A stretch of DNA of 64,000 bases from Dehalococcoidia bacterium (GTDB lineage: Bacteria; Chloroflexota; Dehalococcoidia; SZUA-161; SpSt-899). The first letter of the stretch is position 1. Every line of letters starts with the position of its first letter. Where the stretch lies: the NCBI GenBank assembly GCA_041300025.1, contig JBGLNL010000001.1, positions 683,888 through 747,887 on the forward strand, in the 5' to 3' direction. This document shows positions 17,736 through 26,583 of the stretch, piece by piece. Under the pieces are notes generated by a model. That model ran no database searches and was not told where the DNA came from. It worked only from the letters and a program-made list of their open reading frames with translations. Both the position numbers and the translations under genes were made by a program.

Positions 17736-18662
17736 CTAATCTCCCCAATCCATGTTTTCCAAATCTTCAAGGCCCTCTAGATCGCCAAACATGTCTTCAA
17801 GCTCGTCCATATCGAAATCACCTTCACCCCAATCACCCCAATCGCCCTCATCCATAACCTCATCTTCAGGCGGTGGTGAGATGGTGATTGATTGATTGAT
17901 TTTGGTAATATCTGTTGACATATCCGATACTACTTCAATCCCCCCGGTCTTCATGGTAGATGTTCCCACCATTTTAATTGCCACTTCCGGTAGCTTACCT
18001 TCATCGGCTACCCAGATATCCCCTTTGAAACTCGATTCAATTTCGTCCATCATCGCACCGGGATCATCACTATCCACCGTAACAGTGGAATCGACTTTGT
18101 AATGCTTGCAGTTGACCCCATTCACTTTCTCTTTGCCTACATAATCAAGATCATTTTCCATATCAAATTGATCGGTTAAATCATCGGGATCATCAATTTC
18201 CTCGAATTCCCCTTCATCATATTCTTCGTAAGTCGAATATGTCCACTTATCCTGCATAAACATCTTGGTCCACGTTTCGTTACCTATGGTGATTGTTTCC
18301 ATGGTGCCCATGCCCATATCCATGACCGTATGGGATGCCTCTGCTTTGTTGTTGACATCTTCATCCATTATCATTTCCGTTTCACCTACCCCCGGCGTCT
18401 CCGAGGTCATCACCATGTGCATATGATAGCTATCCAATTCGTCATATGAACTAAAACCCATCATCTGCTCCAAATCATCAGAGCCGGATGTCTCCTCAGA
18501 ATCTTCGGGAGTACCCTCATCATCATCTTCCCCTTTGGTTTCCTGCTCACCATTGGCAGCTTCTTCAGTCTCATCGTCATCCCCACCACCGCCGCAGGCA
18601 ATGATACTCACGCAGCTTACCGCCAGAATAAATATCAGCACGAGCGCTATCAGCTTTTTCAT
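17736..18662 (-). CDS. Highly acidic lipoprotein, function unknown
   Basis: MKKLIALVLIFILAVSCVSIIAC lipobox after AAGGAGG. Long D/E-rich linkers and a DWGDWGEGDFDMDELEDMF tail. The central part could be a LolA/LppX-like fold (guess). Confidence 0.6.
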   Translation of the reverse strand: MKKLIALVLIFILAVSCVSIIACGGGGDDDETEEAANGEQETKGEDDDEGTPEDSEETSGSDDLEQMMGFSSYDELDSYHMHMVMTSETPGVGETEMIMDEDVNNKAEASHTVMDMGMGTMETITIGNETWTKMFMQDKWTYSTYEEYDEGEFEEIDDPDDLTDQFDMENDLDYVGKEKVNGVNCKHYKVDSTVTVDSDDPGAMMDEIESSFKGDIWVADEGKLPEVAIKMVGTSTMKTGGIEVVSDMSTDITKINQSITISPPPEDEVMDEGDWGDWGEGDFDMDELEDMFGDLEGLEDLENMDWGD

Positions 18663-18868
18663 TTTCCCCGCCTCCTTATTTTCCAATATCATTTAACTTT
18701 CAGGCTGGTGATCAGATCCAGTTAAGACTGCCGCTTTAGCATGCAATCACTAAGCTTTTGTGTCCTGCACTTACGGCAAAACACACCCCACCCTTCCCAT
18801 ATCATATCCAATGGTACCTCTTTCGGGACGATAGGGAAGTTGAATTGCTGCTATCGCAAAATTATTGT

Positions 18869-19318
18869 TTATTTGCGAGATATAATTACAGACAATCCAA
18901 CCAGGACACCGGCAACCAAGATTCCCATTACCAGGCGATCGCAGAAATGACCAAACGCATATGAACCGTTATCAAAAATATCATCGGATCCTATCGCCAT
19001 CAGTAATCCTGACAATAAAGCGAAGAGAAGAGCAACAGCTGCGGCGATCAATAGGATAAGAGCTACTGGTAGTTTATCAAGCATTTCAGAAAATCCTCCT
19101 ACATTTATTGTTTTTTTTGATTCTTTCTTAGCATCTCCCTTAGTATCTACCTTAGTATTTACCTTAGTATCTACAGCAGGGGTTTTAGGTTTGGCCCTTG
19201 ATTTTGGCTTTGCTTCACTCTTGGACTTTGGTGCCGAACTTTTTGCTAGAGGAGCCCCGCATTTCTGGCAAAAAGCGCTGCCATCGGGATTTTCGGCACC
19301 ACATTTCTCACATAACAT
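18869..19318 (-). CDS. Zinc-ribbon membrane protein with a Lys-rich linker
   Basis: MLCEKCGAENPDGSAFCQKCGAPL zinc ribbon. The K/P-rich linker contains a 3 x 12-bp tandem repeat. Two C-terminal TM helices. Confidence 0.6.
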   Translation of the reverse strand: MLCEKCGAENPDGSAFCQKCGAPLAKSSAPKSKSEAKPKSRAKPKTPAVDTKVNTKVDTKGDAKKESKKTINVGGFSEMLDKLPVALILLIAAAVALLFALLSGLLMAIGSDDIFDNGSYAFGHFCDRLVMGILVAGVLVGLSVIISRK

Positions 19319-19456
19319 ATTCCCTCCTTAAAAAATCGATACACAACATAACAAATCTACATCACATTCCACAATATGCTATGGTAGAATATAAATCTGT
19401 GTATGTCAAGGTATGTTCAAGGTCAAATACTCGGAAAATATAATTTTAAAATAGAT

Positions 19457-19482
19457 GCAAATTAAAGAACCTCTGAACAAGT
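19457..19482. repeat. Solo end of the MITE family
   Basis: gcaaattaaagaacctctgaacaagt versus gcaaattaaggaacctctgaataagt at 51463-51488. Confidence 0.5.
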
Positions 19483-19563
19483 CCAAAATTTGTGATTTTT
19501 GTGAATTCCCGGCGAAAAGAACGGCTGGAATATTCTTTCTCCTGATTACCAGCTACGGATATC

Positions 19564-20301
19564 ATGTTTACAGTATCACCACTTGAAGCTATCGCAGTAT
19601 GCGCCATAGTTGCGCTCGGAGCCTGCATCCAGGGTTCGATCGGATTCGGCTGGGCAATGTTGTCCGCGCCCTTTATTGTGCTGATAGAACCCGACTTCGT
19701 TCCCGCCCCCATGATTCTAAGCGGACTTATACTCACTTTGCTGATGACCTGCCGGGAAAGAAAATTTATTGATATACGAGGGGTCAAATGGATGTCTCTC
19801 GGGTCGGTTCCCGGCATCGCCGGTGCCGCTTCGGTTATGAGCGTTATCTCTGCAATGGGATTCACCATTACGTTTTCGATACTGGTACTGCTGGCCGTCG
19901 CATTGAGCGCAATCGGGTTATCTGTGATGCTTTCAAACCGGAATCTCTTTCTGGCCGGTTTGCTCTGCGGATTCATGGGCACCATGTCCTCCATCGGCGG
20001 GCCACCGGTGGCGCTTATTTATCAGCATGCTAAAGGCAATCAATTAAGAGGTACGCTCTCGGCGTTTTTCGTTATTTGCGGAGTTCTGGCATTAATAGGA
20101 TTAACTATGGCAGGATGGATGGGAACCAATGAGTTGAAGCTGGCCCTGATTCTGATTCCCGGACTGGTGATAGGATATGTTGTCTCCCGTTTTACTGCCC
20201 GGATACTGGATAAATACTCCCTGCGCCCGGCAGTGCTGATTCTTTCCGCGCTGGCGGCAGTTACGGTATTGGCAAGGGCACTTCTTCAAGGAATCTTTTG
20301 A
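19564..20301 (+). CDS. TauE/SafE family sulfite/anion exporter
   Basis: 245 aa, about 8 TM helices, with the ...GACIQGSIGFGWAML... family pattern. Confidence 0.8.
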   Translation: MFTVSPLEAIAVCAIVALGACIQGSIGFGWAMLSAPFIVLIEPDFVPAPMILSGLILTLLMTCRERKFIDIRGVKWMSLGSVPGIAGAASVMSVISAMGFTITFSILVLLAVALSAIGLSVMLSNRNLFLAGLLCGFMGTMSSIGGPPVALIYQHAKGNQLRGTLSAFFVICGVLALIGLTMAGWMGTNELKLALILIPGLVIGYVVSRFTARILDKYSLRPAVLILSALAAVTVLARALLQGIF

Positions 20302-20430
20302 TCAACCCCCTGTACAGGCTGTCTGAAAAGTCCCATGTATGTCATTCTGAACACAGTGAAGAATCTTTTTTGAAGCTGATCCCCGGAGATTCTTCGTCAT
20401 AAATTCCTCAGAATGACACGTTTTTTGATC
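20289..20430. repeat. Chimeric MITE-like repeat, copy B
   Basis: Same GATCAACCCCCTGTAcagg end box as copy A, in the same orientation. The ~105-bp palindromic core is the reverse complement of copy A's core, with only a few mismatches by eye. It overlaps the TauE stop codon. Confidence 0.7.
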
Positions 20431-20794
20431 GGATATTGGGGTTATTTTCGATTTCTTCAGGAGTCAGGCCAAGTAAAAACGGTTGTATTTCGACTCCCCC
20501 GAATCCGGATTCTTTAAGAAGCGCCAGATCTGATTTCAATTGTTCTTCCTGCACATCCCCACCGGGCCACCACCAGCGAACATAAGGGCGATTCTCCATC
20601 GGCGGATGATTCCAGAGGGCCTCATCGAAAGCATCTTTCGAGTCTATTGAACCCGGCATTGGGGAAGGAGAATTTGTTTTGATAATATGATCTGGTTTGG
20701 TGGTTTCAGAAACTTCCCTGCTGCAACCGGGAACAAAAAGTATTGCCAGGCTTATCATCAGGAGTAACGATTTACAGAAATGTTTTCGGATCAT
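20408..20794 (-). pseudogene. N-terminal ~125-aa fragment of a large secreted glycosyl-hydrolase-like protein
   Basis: Lipoprotein signal ...LFVPGC, then RPYVRWWWPGGDV..LKESGFGGVEIQPF, typical of ~900-1100-aa glycosidases. The ORF ends ...NPNIRSKNVSF*, and its last codons are read from repeat copy B. Confidence 0.5.
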
Positions 20795-20946
20795 TGCAGT
20801 TCTTTTCCCTAATAATGTGCCATTCAATTGTGATAAATATACCAGATTCTCGATTTTTCGCAAAATGTATTCTGAAATCAAAGTGTTGACATTAGAGTGC
20901 AAAATGATTTATCCTTCATTCGAACACATTCGAAGGAGGTATCCTG

Positions 20947-21087
20947 ATGGAAGCCTATTGCATGAAGTGCCGGGCCAGGAGAGAAATAAAAGACCCTAAA
21001 AAGATCACCATGAAGAATGGCCGAGAGGCAACTCAGGGTGTGTGCCCGAAGTGCGGCACCAGGATTTTCCGAATCGGGAAGAGTTAA
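20947..21087 (+). CDS. DUF5679-type small zinc-ribbon protein (46 aa)
   Basis: Below the track cutoff. MEAYCMKCRARREIKDPKKITMKNGREATQGVCPKCGTRIFRIGKS after GAAGGAGG. It is followed by a terminator. Confidence 0.7.
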   Translation: MEAYCMKCRARREIKDPKKITMKNGREATQGVCPKCGTRIFRIGKS

Positions 21088-21123
21088 AGTAACATTATAA
21101 TTTCCAATCGTGCTGAAAGAGAC

Positions 21124-21162
21124 GGGTTGAGCTTTTGTCTGGCAGGGCTCAACCTTCTTTTT
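21124..21162 (+). terminator. Intrinsic terminator
   Basis: gggttgagc-14nt-gctcaacc followed by ttcttttt. Confidence 0.65.
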
Positions 21163-21419
21163 GAGGATTGAACGGGTTCTCGGCCAATCGATGGCTGCTG
21201 CGAGCTACGATCCCCGGTATGCCCGCATAGTTTCCCTGAAGTATGGATTTCAATTTTGACTAAGTTCCCAATGCCTGCTAAACTAGTTGATACTGTGACA
21301 CCAAATATGACAGGGAATATGAAACGTATCCATTGGTTAAGATCAGGCATCACGCCTGATCTATGCGTTTGCAATGTGAGAAATCTGGTTTCACTATTAA
21401 TTTCCCCCCAAATCAAAAT

Positions 21420-22754
21420 ATGACAGATGATCCAGTCCCACACCAAGGTGCTTCTGGCAAACTTACTGTGGCTCTTCAGACAGTAGGCTGCAAGCTCAAT
21501 CAGGCGGAGAGCGAAGCACTGGCCCGCAGATTTGTTGAAGCAGGATTTGATCTGGTTGCCCCTCAAGACAGCCCGGATGCCTATATCCTCAACACCTGCA
21601 CTGTAACGCACATCGCCGATCGCAAATGCCGGCAGTATCTGCGGGCGGCTCATCGTGAAAATCCACAGGCGCTAATCGTGGCGGCGGGTTGTTACGTTGA
21701 TAGAGACATCAACGATGTTAAAGTGGAAGGAGTTGAGCTCCCCGTGGGTAATTCGGAAAAGGTGCGGTTGGTTGAACTTGTCAAAAAACGGCTGGAGGCA
21801 AAAAAAGCTGCTAAAGGGAGCAACGGGCATCAAACTATTGAAAGCCAGTTTCGGACAAGGTCCATGATCAGTGTCCAGGAGGGATGCGCCCATTTCTGTT
21901 CCTATTGTATCGTTCCCCATGTCCGGGGTCGGGAAAAAAGTGTACCTGCCCGAACAATTCTTTCTGAAATAAAGGCGCGTGAAGAAGAGGGATATCGGGA
22001 AATAGTCCTTACCGGAACCAGAATCGGGATGTACTCAGGAGAAGTAAACCTCGAAGGACTCCTGAAGCACATTCTTGGAGAAACCGGGATTCCCCGGATT
22101 CGGCTCTCCTCGCTTCAACCTCGGGAACTATCTCCCTCGCTTGTGAATCTGTGGCAGGGAAACGATAGGGTATGCCGTCACATTCATCTGGCCCTTCAGA
22201 GCGGTTGCACAGCAACTCTGGAAAGGATGAGGCGGGACTATTCCATCGATGAGTACGAATCAGCGGTGAATATGATCCGTAATGCCATGCCCGATATGGC
22301 TGTCACCACCGATATCATCGTTGGCTTCCCCGGGGAAACTGAAGAGGAATTTGAGGAAAGCTTTAGCCTTTGTGAGAGGCTCGGTTTTGCCAATATGCAT
22401 ATATTCCCCTATTCTGTGCGTGCCGGGACCCCGGCGGCAAATATGTCCTGTAAAGTTCCCGATAAAATCAAAAAGGCCAGGAGCCAGCACATGCTTGATC
22501 TGGCAAAACGAAGTGCCTTTGCCTTCCGGCACAGTTTTCAAGGCAGGATTATGCCGGTGCTCTGGGAGGAACATAAAGGCAATAACATTTGGATAGGGCA
22601 TACGGGCAATTACATCAAGGTATTTGCGGCAAGCAGCGATTCCCTTAACAATCGCTTGCTGAATACGAAACTGGGCGGTGAATATCAGTCCGGTGTATAT
22701 GGTGATATTTGTGGCTCGTCGGAAATGGCCGGACTGGTAGCTAAAGGAGTGTAA
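21420..22754 (+). CDS. mtaB: MiaB-like radical SAM methylthiotransferase (MtaB type)
   Basis: N-terminal VALQTVGCKLNQAESEAL and a radical SAM CAHFCSYC motif. Start moved to ATG 21420. Confidence 0.8.
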   Translation: MTDDPVPHQGASGKLTVALQTVGCKLNQAESEALARRFVEAGFDLVAPQDSPDAYILNTCTVTHIADRKCRQYLRAAHRENPQALIVAAGCYVDRDINDVKVEGVELPVGNSEKVRLVELVKKRLEAKKAAKGSNGHQTIESQFRTRSMISVQEGCAHFCSYCIVPHVRGREKSVPARTILSEIKAREEEGYREIVLTGTRIGMYSGEVNLEGLLKHILGETGIPRIRLSSLQPRELSPSLVNLWQGNDRVCRHIHLALQSGCTATLERMRRDYSIDEYESAVNMIRNAMPDMAVTTDIIVGFPGETEEEFEESFSLCERLGFANMHIFPYSVRAGTPAANMSCKVPDKIKKARSQHMLDLAKRSAFAFRHSFQGRIMPVLWEEHKGNNIWIGHTGNYIKVFAASSDSLNNRLLNTKLGGEYQSGVYGDICGSSEMAGLVAKGV

Positions 22755-22759
22755 GCAAG

Positions 22760-24019
22760 ATGGATACAATTACAATAACATACATCATTCTCTTTATTCT
22801 GTGCCTGATTCTCTCGGCTTTCTTTTCCAGCTCGGAGACCGCTTTTCTCTCACTTCAACGGGTGCGGATAAGGCACATGGTCGATAAAGGTGTCTCAGGT
22901 GCGGAAGCCGTGGCCAAACTGACAGAGCACCCGGAAAAATTGCTGACTACGGTTCTTATAGGGAATAACTTCGTCAACACCGCCGCTGCCGCACTGGGAA
23001 CTTTGATTGTGTTAGAGCTTGTAACTAACGAAAACTGGGGCGCGCTTATAGCTACTATCGGTGTAACAATCCTGCTGTTAATCTTTGGCGAAATTGGGCC
23101 CAAGACACTGGCTACCCAGCTGGGCGAACGTATAGCTTTATCCTATATACGCCCTATCAGAATCATATCATGGGTATTTTTCCCTTTGACCTTCATCCTG
23201 TCCGGTATCGGTACAGGCGCAGCAAGGCTTCTTGGCGGAGTTCCACTTTCCCACACAGTGATAACAGAGGATGAAATCCGAACGATGATATCAATGGGGC
23301 TGGAACACGGAGCAGTGGAGGAAGGCGAGGCAGGCATGGCTAACAGGGTATTAGTTTTCGGGGATAGCCATGTTAGCGAGATCATGACCCCACGCACGGA
23401 TGTTGTCTGGCTGGAAAATAATATCACTTTAAGCGGTTTCTGGCCTATTTATATTGAGAACCCGCATGCCAGATTCCCCGTTTACGAAGAGAACGTGGAT
23501 CATGTGGTTGGAATCTTATGGATAAAAGATGTGTTGATGGCCCAGGCTAAAGGGGAGATCAAAGAGGACGATGTAGTGACTTCTCTCGCGCGCTCGACCG
23601 GATTTGTGCCGGAGACAAAAGTTGTTGGAGAGCTTTTCCGTGAGATGCAGGAACAAAGAGCTCAGTTTATGGTTGTAGTTGATGAATATGGAGGGACGGC
23701 AGGTATTATAACTATGGAACAACTGGTGGAAGAGATAGTGGGCCAGCTTGGCGACGAACTGGCTACCGGAGATAAACCGGTTGAGGTTATCGGACACAAC
23801 ACGTATCAGGTTGATGGAGGAAAAAGGCTGGATCATGCTAATGAGGAAATGGGCCTGGATTTCCCCGAGGGCGATTACGAAACCATAGCCGGTTTCATAC
23901 TTGCTGCCCTGGGCCGTATTCCTGAAGAGGGGGAGCAATTAAAGTATCATGACATAACCATCACGGTCACCGAGATGAAGGGAGTCAAAATTGAAAAAGT
24001 CCTTATTATCAAAGAGTGA
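22760..24019 (+). CDS. CNNM/HlyC-CorC family transporter (DUF21-CBS-CorC)
   Basis: N-terminal TM DUF21 domain, a CBS pair, and a C-terminal CorC_HlyC-like tail. Confidence 0.85.
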   Translation: MDTITITYIILFILCLILSAFFSSSETAFLSLQRVRIRHMVDKGVSGAEAVAKLTEHPEKLLTTVLIGNNFVNTAAAALGTLIVLELVTNENWGALIATIGVTILLLIFGEIGPKTLATQLGERIALSYIRPIRIISWVFFPLTFILSGIGTGAARLLGGVPLSHTVITEDEIRTMISMGLEHGAVEEGEAGMANRVLVFGDSHVSEIMTPRTDVVWLENNITLSGFWPIYIENPHARFPVYEENVDHVVGILWIKDVLMAQAKGEIKEDDVVTSLARSTGFVPETKVVGELFREMQEQRAQFMVVVDEYGGTAGIITMEQLVEEIVGQLGDELATGDKPVEVIGHNTYQVDGGKRLDHANEEMGLDFPEGDYETIAGFILAALGRIPEEGEQLKYHDITITVTEMKGVKIEKVLIIKE

Positions 24020-24671
24020 ACCTCAGCAGCGGATCGTTGTCACCTTTACCCGTGGTGAGGAACTGAAATACATTTCTCATCTTGATATGATGCGCCTCTG
24101 GCACCGGGCACTGCGCCGCGCAGGAATGCCGCTGGCGTACTCACAGGGATTCAATCCCCAGCCCAGAATATCACTTGCCTCCCCGCTTGCGGTTGGTGTC
24201 ACCAGCGAGGGGGAATTGATGGATGTGTTTCTACAACAGAAGGTTTCGCTGGATTTCTTTGCAAAGGCGCTCGGGGAACAACTGCCCCGCGGTTTGGGAT
24301 TAATTGATACCAGGGATATCTGGCTCAGGCTGCCTTCACTCCAGTCACAATTACGCTTTGCTGAATACATGGTTGAAGTCGGCCCGGAGATTGGTTCGAA
24401 AGAGGTAACTCTGGCTATTCGATCACTCATGGAAAAAGAAGAGCTTCTCTGGGAACACCTCAGAGACAAGAGGATTCATAAATATGATCTCCGGGGATTG
24501 ATTGATGATCTCTGGATTGTCCGGGAGGAAGAATCCGGCTGCACCATCGGTATGAGATTGTGCAATAGCCCCAGCGGATCCGGCAGGCCGGATCAGGTTC
24601 TGCTGGCGATCGGGTTCGTAAAACCGGCGAAATCAATTCACCGTACCAGGTTAATTGCAGGCACGAACTGA
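23991..24671 (+). CDS. DUF2344 (TIGR03936) radical-SAM-associated protein
   Basis: RIVVTFTRGEELKYISHLDMMRLWHRALRRAGMPLAYSQGFNPQPRISLASPL. The TTG start is uncertain. Confidence 0.7.
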   Translation: MKKSLLSKSEPQQRIVVTFTRGEELKYISHLDMMRLWHRALRRAGMPLAYSQGFNPQPRISLASPLAVGVTSEGELMDVFLQQKVSLDFFAKALGEQLPRGLGLIDTRDIWLRLPSLQSQLRFAEYMVEVGPEIGSKEVTLAIRSLMEKEELLWEHLRDKRIHKYDLRGLIDDLWIVREEESGCTIGMRLCNSPSGSGRPDQVLLAIGFVKPAKSIHRTRLIAGTN

Positions 24672-25273
24672 TGCGACTTATTTTGGTAAGGCACGGTCAG
24701 ACTGACTGGAACATGGAATATCGGGCTCAGGGACAAAGCGATGTTCCCCTCAATCCGGCTGGCGAAGCGCAGGCTGAAGCAATTGCGCGGGCGCTGAAGG
24801 AAGAGCCGGTTGAAGCCATCTATTCCAGTCCTCTGAGCAGGGCTTACCAGACAGCTCAGGCAATAGGACGGTTCCATCAAGCTAAGATAATAACCGATGA
24901 CAGGTTGAAAGAACTTGATGTGGGAAAGATGGATGGCATGTATTATCCGAACCTTAAAACCAATGCCCCCGACTTTTTCAATATCTGGACCACTGACCCT
25001 GCTTCCGCAAGATGGCCCGGTGGCGAGACTTTGCCGGAACTCCAGCAGCGCATGTGGGATGCTGCCCGAAGCGTCATTTCCGGGGATTACAGCAAATCTG
25101 TGGTTATTGCCAGCCATTTCTTTTCCCTGCTTACTCTGCTTTGCCAGATTCTCGAACTAAGCCTTTCCGAGTTTCGGCGACTCAACCTCAGCGTTGCCAG
25201 CATCAGTGCGGTCGAGTTTGCCGGAGAAAAGGGCAAGCTGGTTTATCTTAACGATACATGCCATCTGGGTTAG
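24671..25273 (+). CDS. Histidine phosphatase family protein (phosphoglycerate-mutase-like)
   Basis: MRLILVRHGQTDWN RHG motif. TGATG overlap with the upstream gene. Confidence 0.8.
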   Translation: MRLILVRHGQTDWNMEYRAQGQSDVPLNPAGEAQAEAIARALKEEPVEAIYSSPLSRAYQTAQAIGRFHQAKIITDDRLKELDVGKMDGMYYPNLKTNAPDFFNIWTTDPASARWPGGETLPELQQRMWDAARSVISGDYSKSVVIASHFFSLLTLLCQILELSLSEFRRLNLSVASISAVEFAGEKGKLVYLNDTCHLG

Positions 25274-25377
25274 CCGGGTTCTGGAACTTGCAAAATCCAG
25301 CTGTTTAAGTTACGCTGTATCCACAAAGAGTAAGTAAAGGATAATGCGAGCTTATCTGTAGCTTTTTGGAAGAACGA

Positions 25378-26544
25378 ATGGCAAAGAGATTAACGCTTTT
25401 CATAATCTGTCTTCTAGTGATGACTGCTTCTCTCTGGGTTGCGGGTTGCGAATTGTTAGGAGGAGAAGATACTGAAGAATCTAATCCTAATAATCAGGAT
25501 TATCAGAGTTTCGATACCTCCACCCCGGAAGGGACGGTAAAAGGGTTTTTGCATGTACTTCCCTCTGGAGATTTGTATGAATGGGATAAATATCTGGTTC
25601 CGAAAGGAAGCTCCAGCGGAGCTTCCGGAGTAGCTAAGGAATTCGCTAAGGAATTTGTGGGAGTTCAAACGGCAGATATCTCAATAGAAATATCAAACAT
25701 AATGTTAGAGGAACTCTGGTCAACCGGTTCAGAAGTGGCAATACGAACTACCTATATTTTGAATAAGAAGGTGAACGGGGAGAAAACCTCTCTACCGCAT
25801 GATTACACTTTCCTGCTGGAAAAATTTGGCGAAGACTGGCTTATAACTGATTGCAGCGATGTTCCTCTGGCACCTCCTGATACTCCTGCTCCCACACCAT
25901 CACCGACTCCGGAATTCGTCGTTCCCGGAACACCTGTTTCTACTGGAACTATCACGCCGGTGGAAGCGGGAGAAATCCTTTTGTACGATGATTTCAGCAG
26001 CCGATCCAATGTATGGCCTATCTATTCAGGTAAATACGGGATTGCCTACTATAATAATGGAACTCTTCGTGTAAAGCATAGGGGAATTTTGCAAAGTCCG
26101 GAAATCTGTGTTGCCCGTCAGTCGTTCGATAATTTTGTGCTCCGGTTGGATACCGCACTGGTTGAAGGCAACGAGGATAGCTGGATAATCGTGGCATTCC
26201 GGACCGACTACTGGGGGAACGGCTACCGCTTTATGATAAGCGCCGATGGTCGCTATGCCATAGATGCATACAATAAAAAAAGTGGGAGTAATTTTTTGCA
26301 GGAGCCCGTCTTTTCCGAACATATCAATGCTGGTTATGATGCGCTGAACCAGCTTCGTATCGAATGTGTAGACGACGCCATCCGTTTCTCCGTCAACGAA
26401 CATCTTTTGAATGCAATGCGCGATAGCACCTTCGTCAGCGGGGCCATCGCGCTGGGGGTCTCAACTACCCCCGAAACTGGCGGCGCGGAAGCCATGTTCG
26501 ATAATTTGATGGTTAATGCACCACTTGGAGAAGTGACCCCGTAA
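25378..26544 (+). CDS. Lipoprotein with a C-terminal concanavalin/DUF1080-like domain, function unknown
   Basis: MAKRLTLFIICLLVMTASLWVAGC lipobox, a P/T linker, and a beta-rich C-terminal half. Confidence 0.5.
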   Translation: MAKRLTLFIICLLVMTASLWVAGCELLGGEDTEESNPNNQDYQSFDTSTPEGTVKGFLHVLPSGDLYEWDKYLVPKGSSSGASGVAKEFAKEFVGVQTADISIEISNIMLEELWSTGSEVAIRTTYILNKKVNGEKTSLPHDYTFLLEKFGEDWLITDCSDVPLAPPDTPAPTPSPTPEFVVPGTPVSTGTITPVEAGEILLYDDFSSRSNVWPIYSGKYGIAYYNNGTLRVKHRGILQSPEICVARQSFDNFVLRLDTALVEGNEDSWIIVAFRTDYWGNGYRFMISADGRYAIDAYNKKSGSNFLQEPVFSEHINAGYDALNQLRIECVDDAIRFSVNEHLLNAMRDSTFVSGAIALGVSTTPETGGAEAMFDNLMVNAPLGEVTP

Positions 26545-26583
26545 AAATAGCCTGATGTTGCTGGTTTGGGGTGTAAAGTAATT

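Noticed and set aside
19139-19174. 3 x 12-bp tandem repeat cttagtat(c/t)tac
   Set aside because: It lies in frame inside the zinc-ribbon protein's Lys-rich linker (VDTKVNTKVDTK). It is a minor coding microsatellite only.
21342-21362. Perfect 8-bp hairpin gatcaggc-atca-gcctgatc upstream of mtaB
   Set aside because: It is too short, has no U-tract and no second copy, so I cannot distinguish it from chance.
21084-21653. 189-aa minus-strand ORF spanning the DUF5679-mtaB intergenic region
   Set aside because: It runs through a plus-strand terminator and the mtaB 5' end. It has no motif and no RBS.
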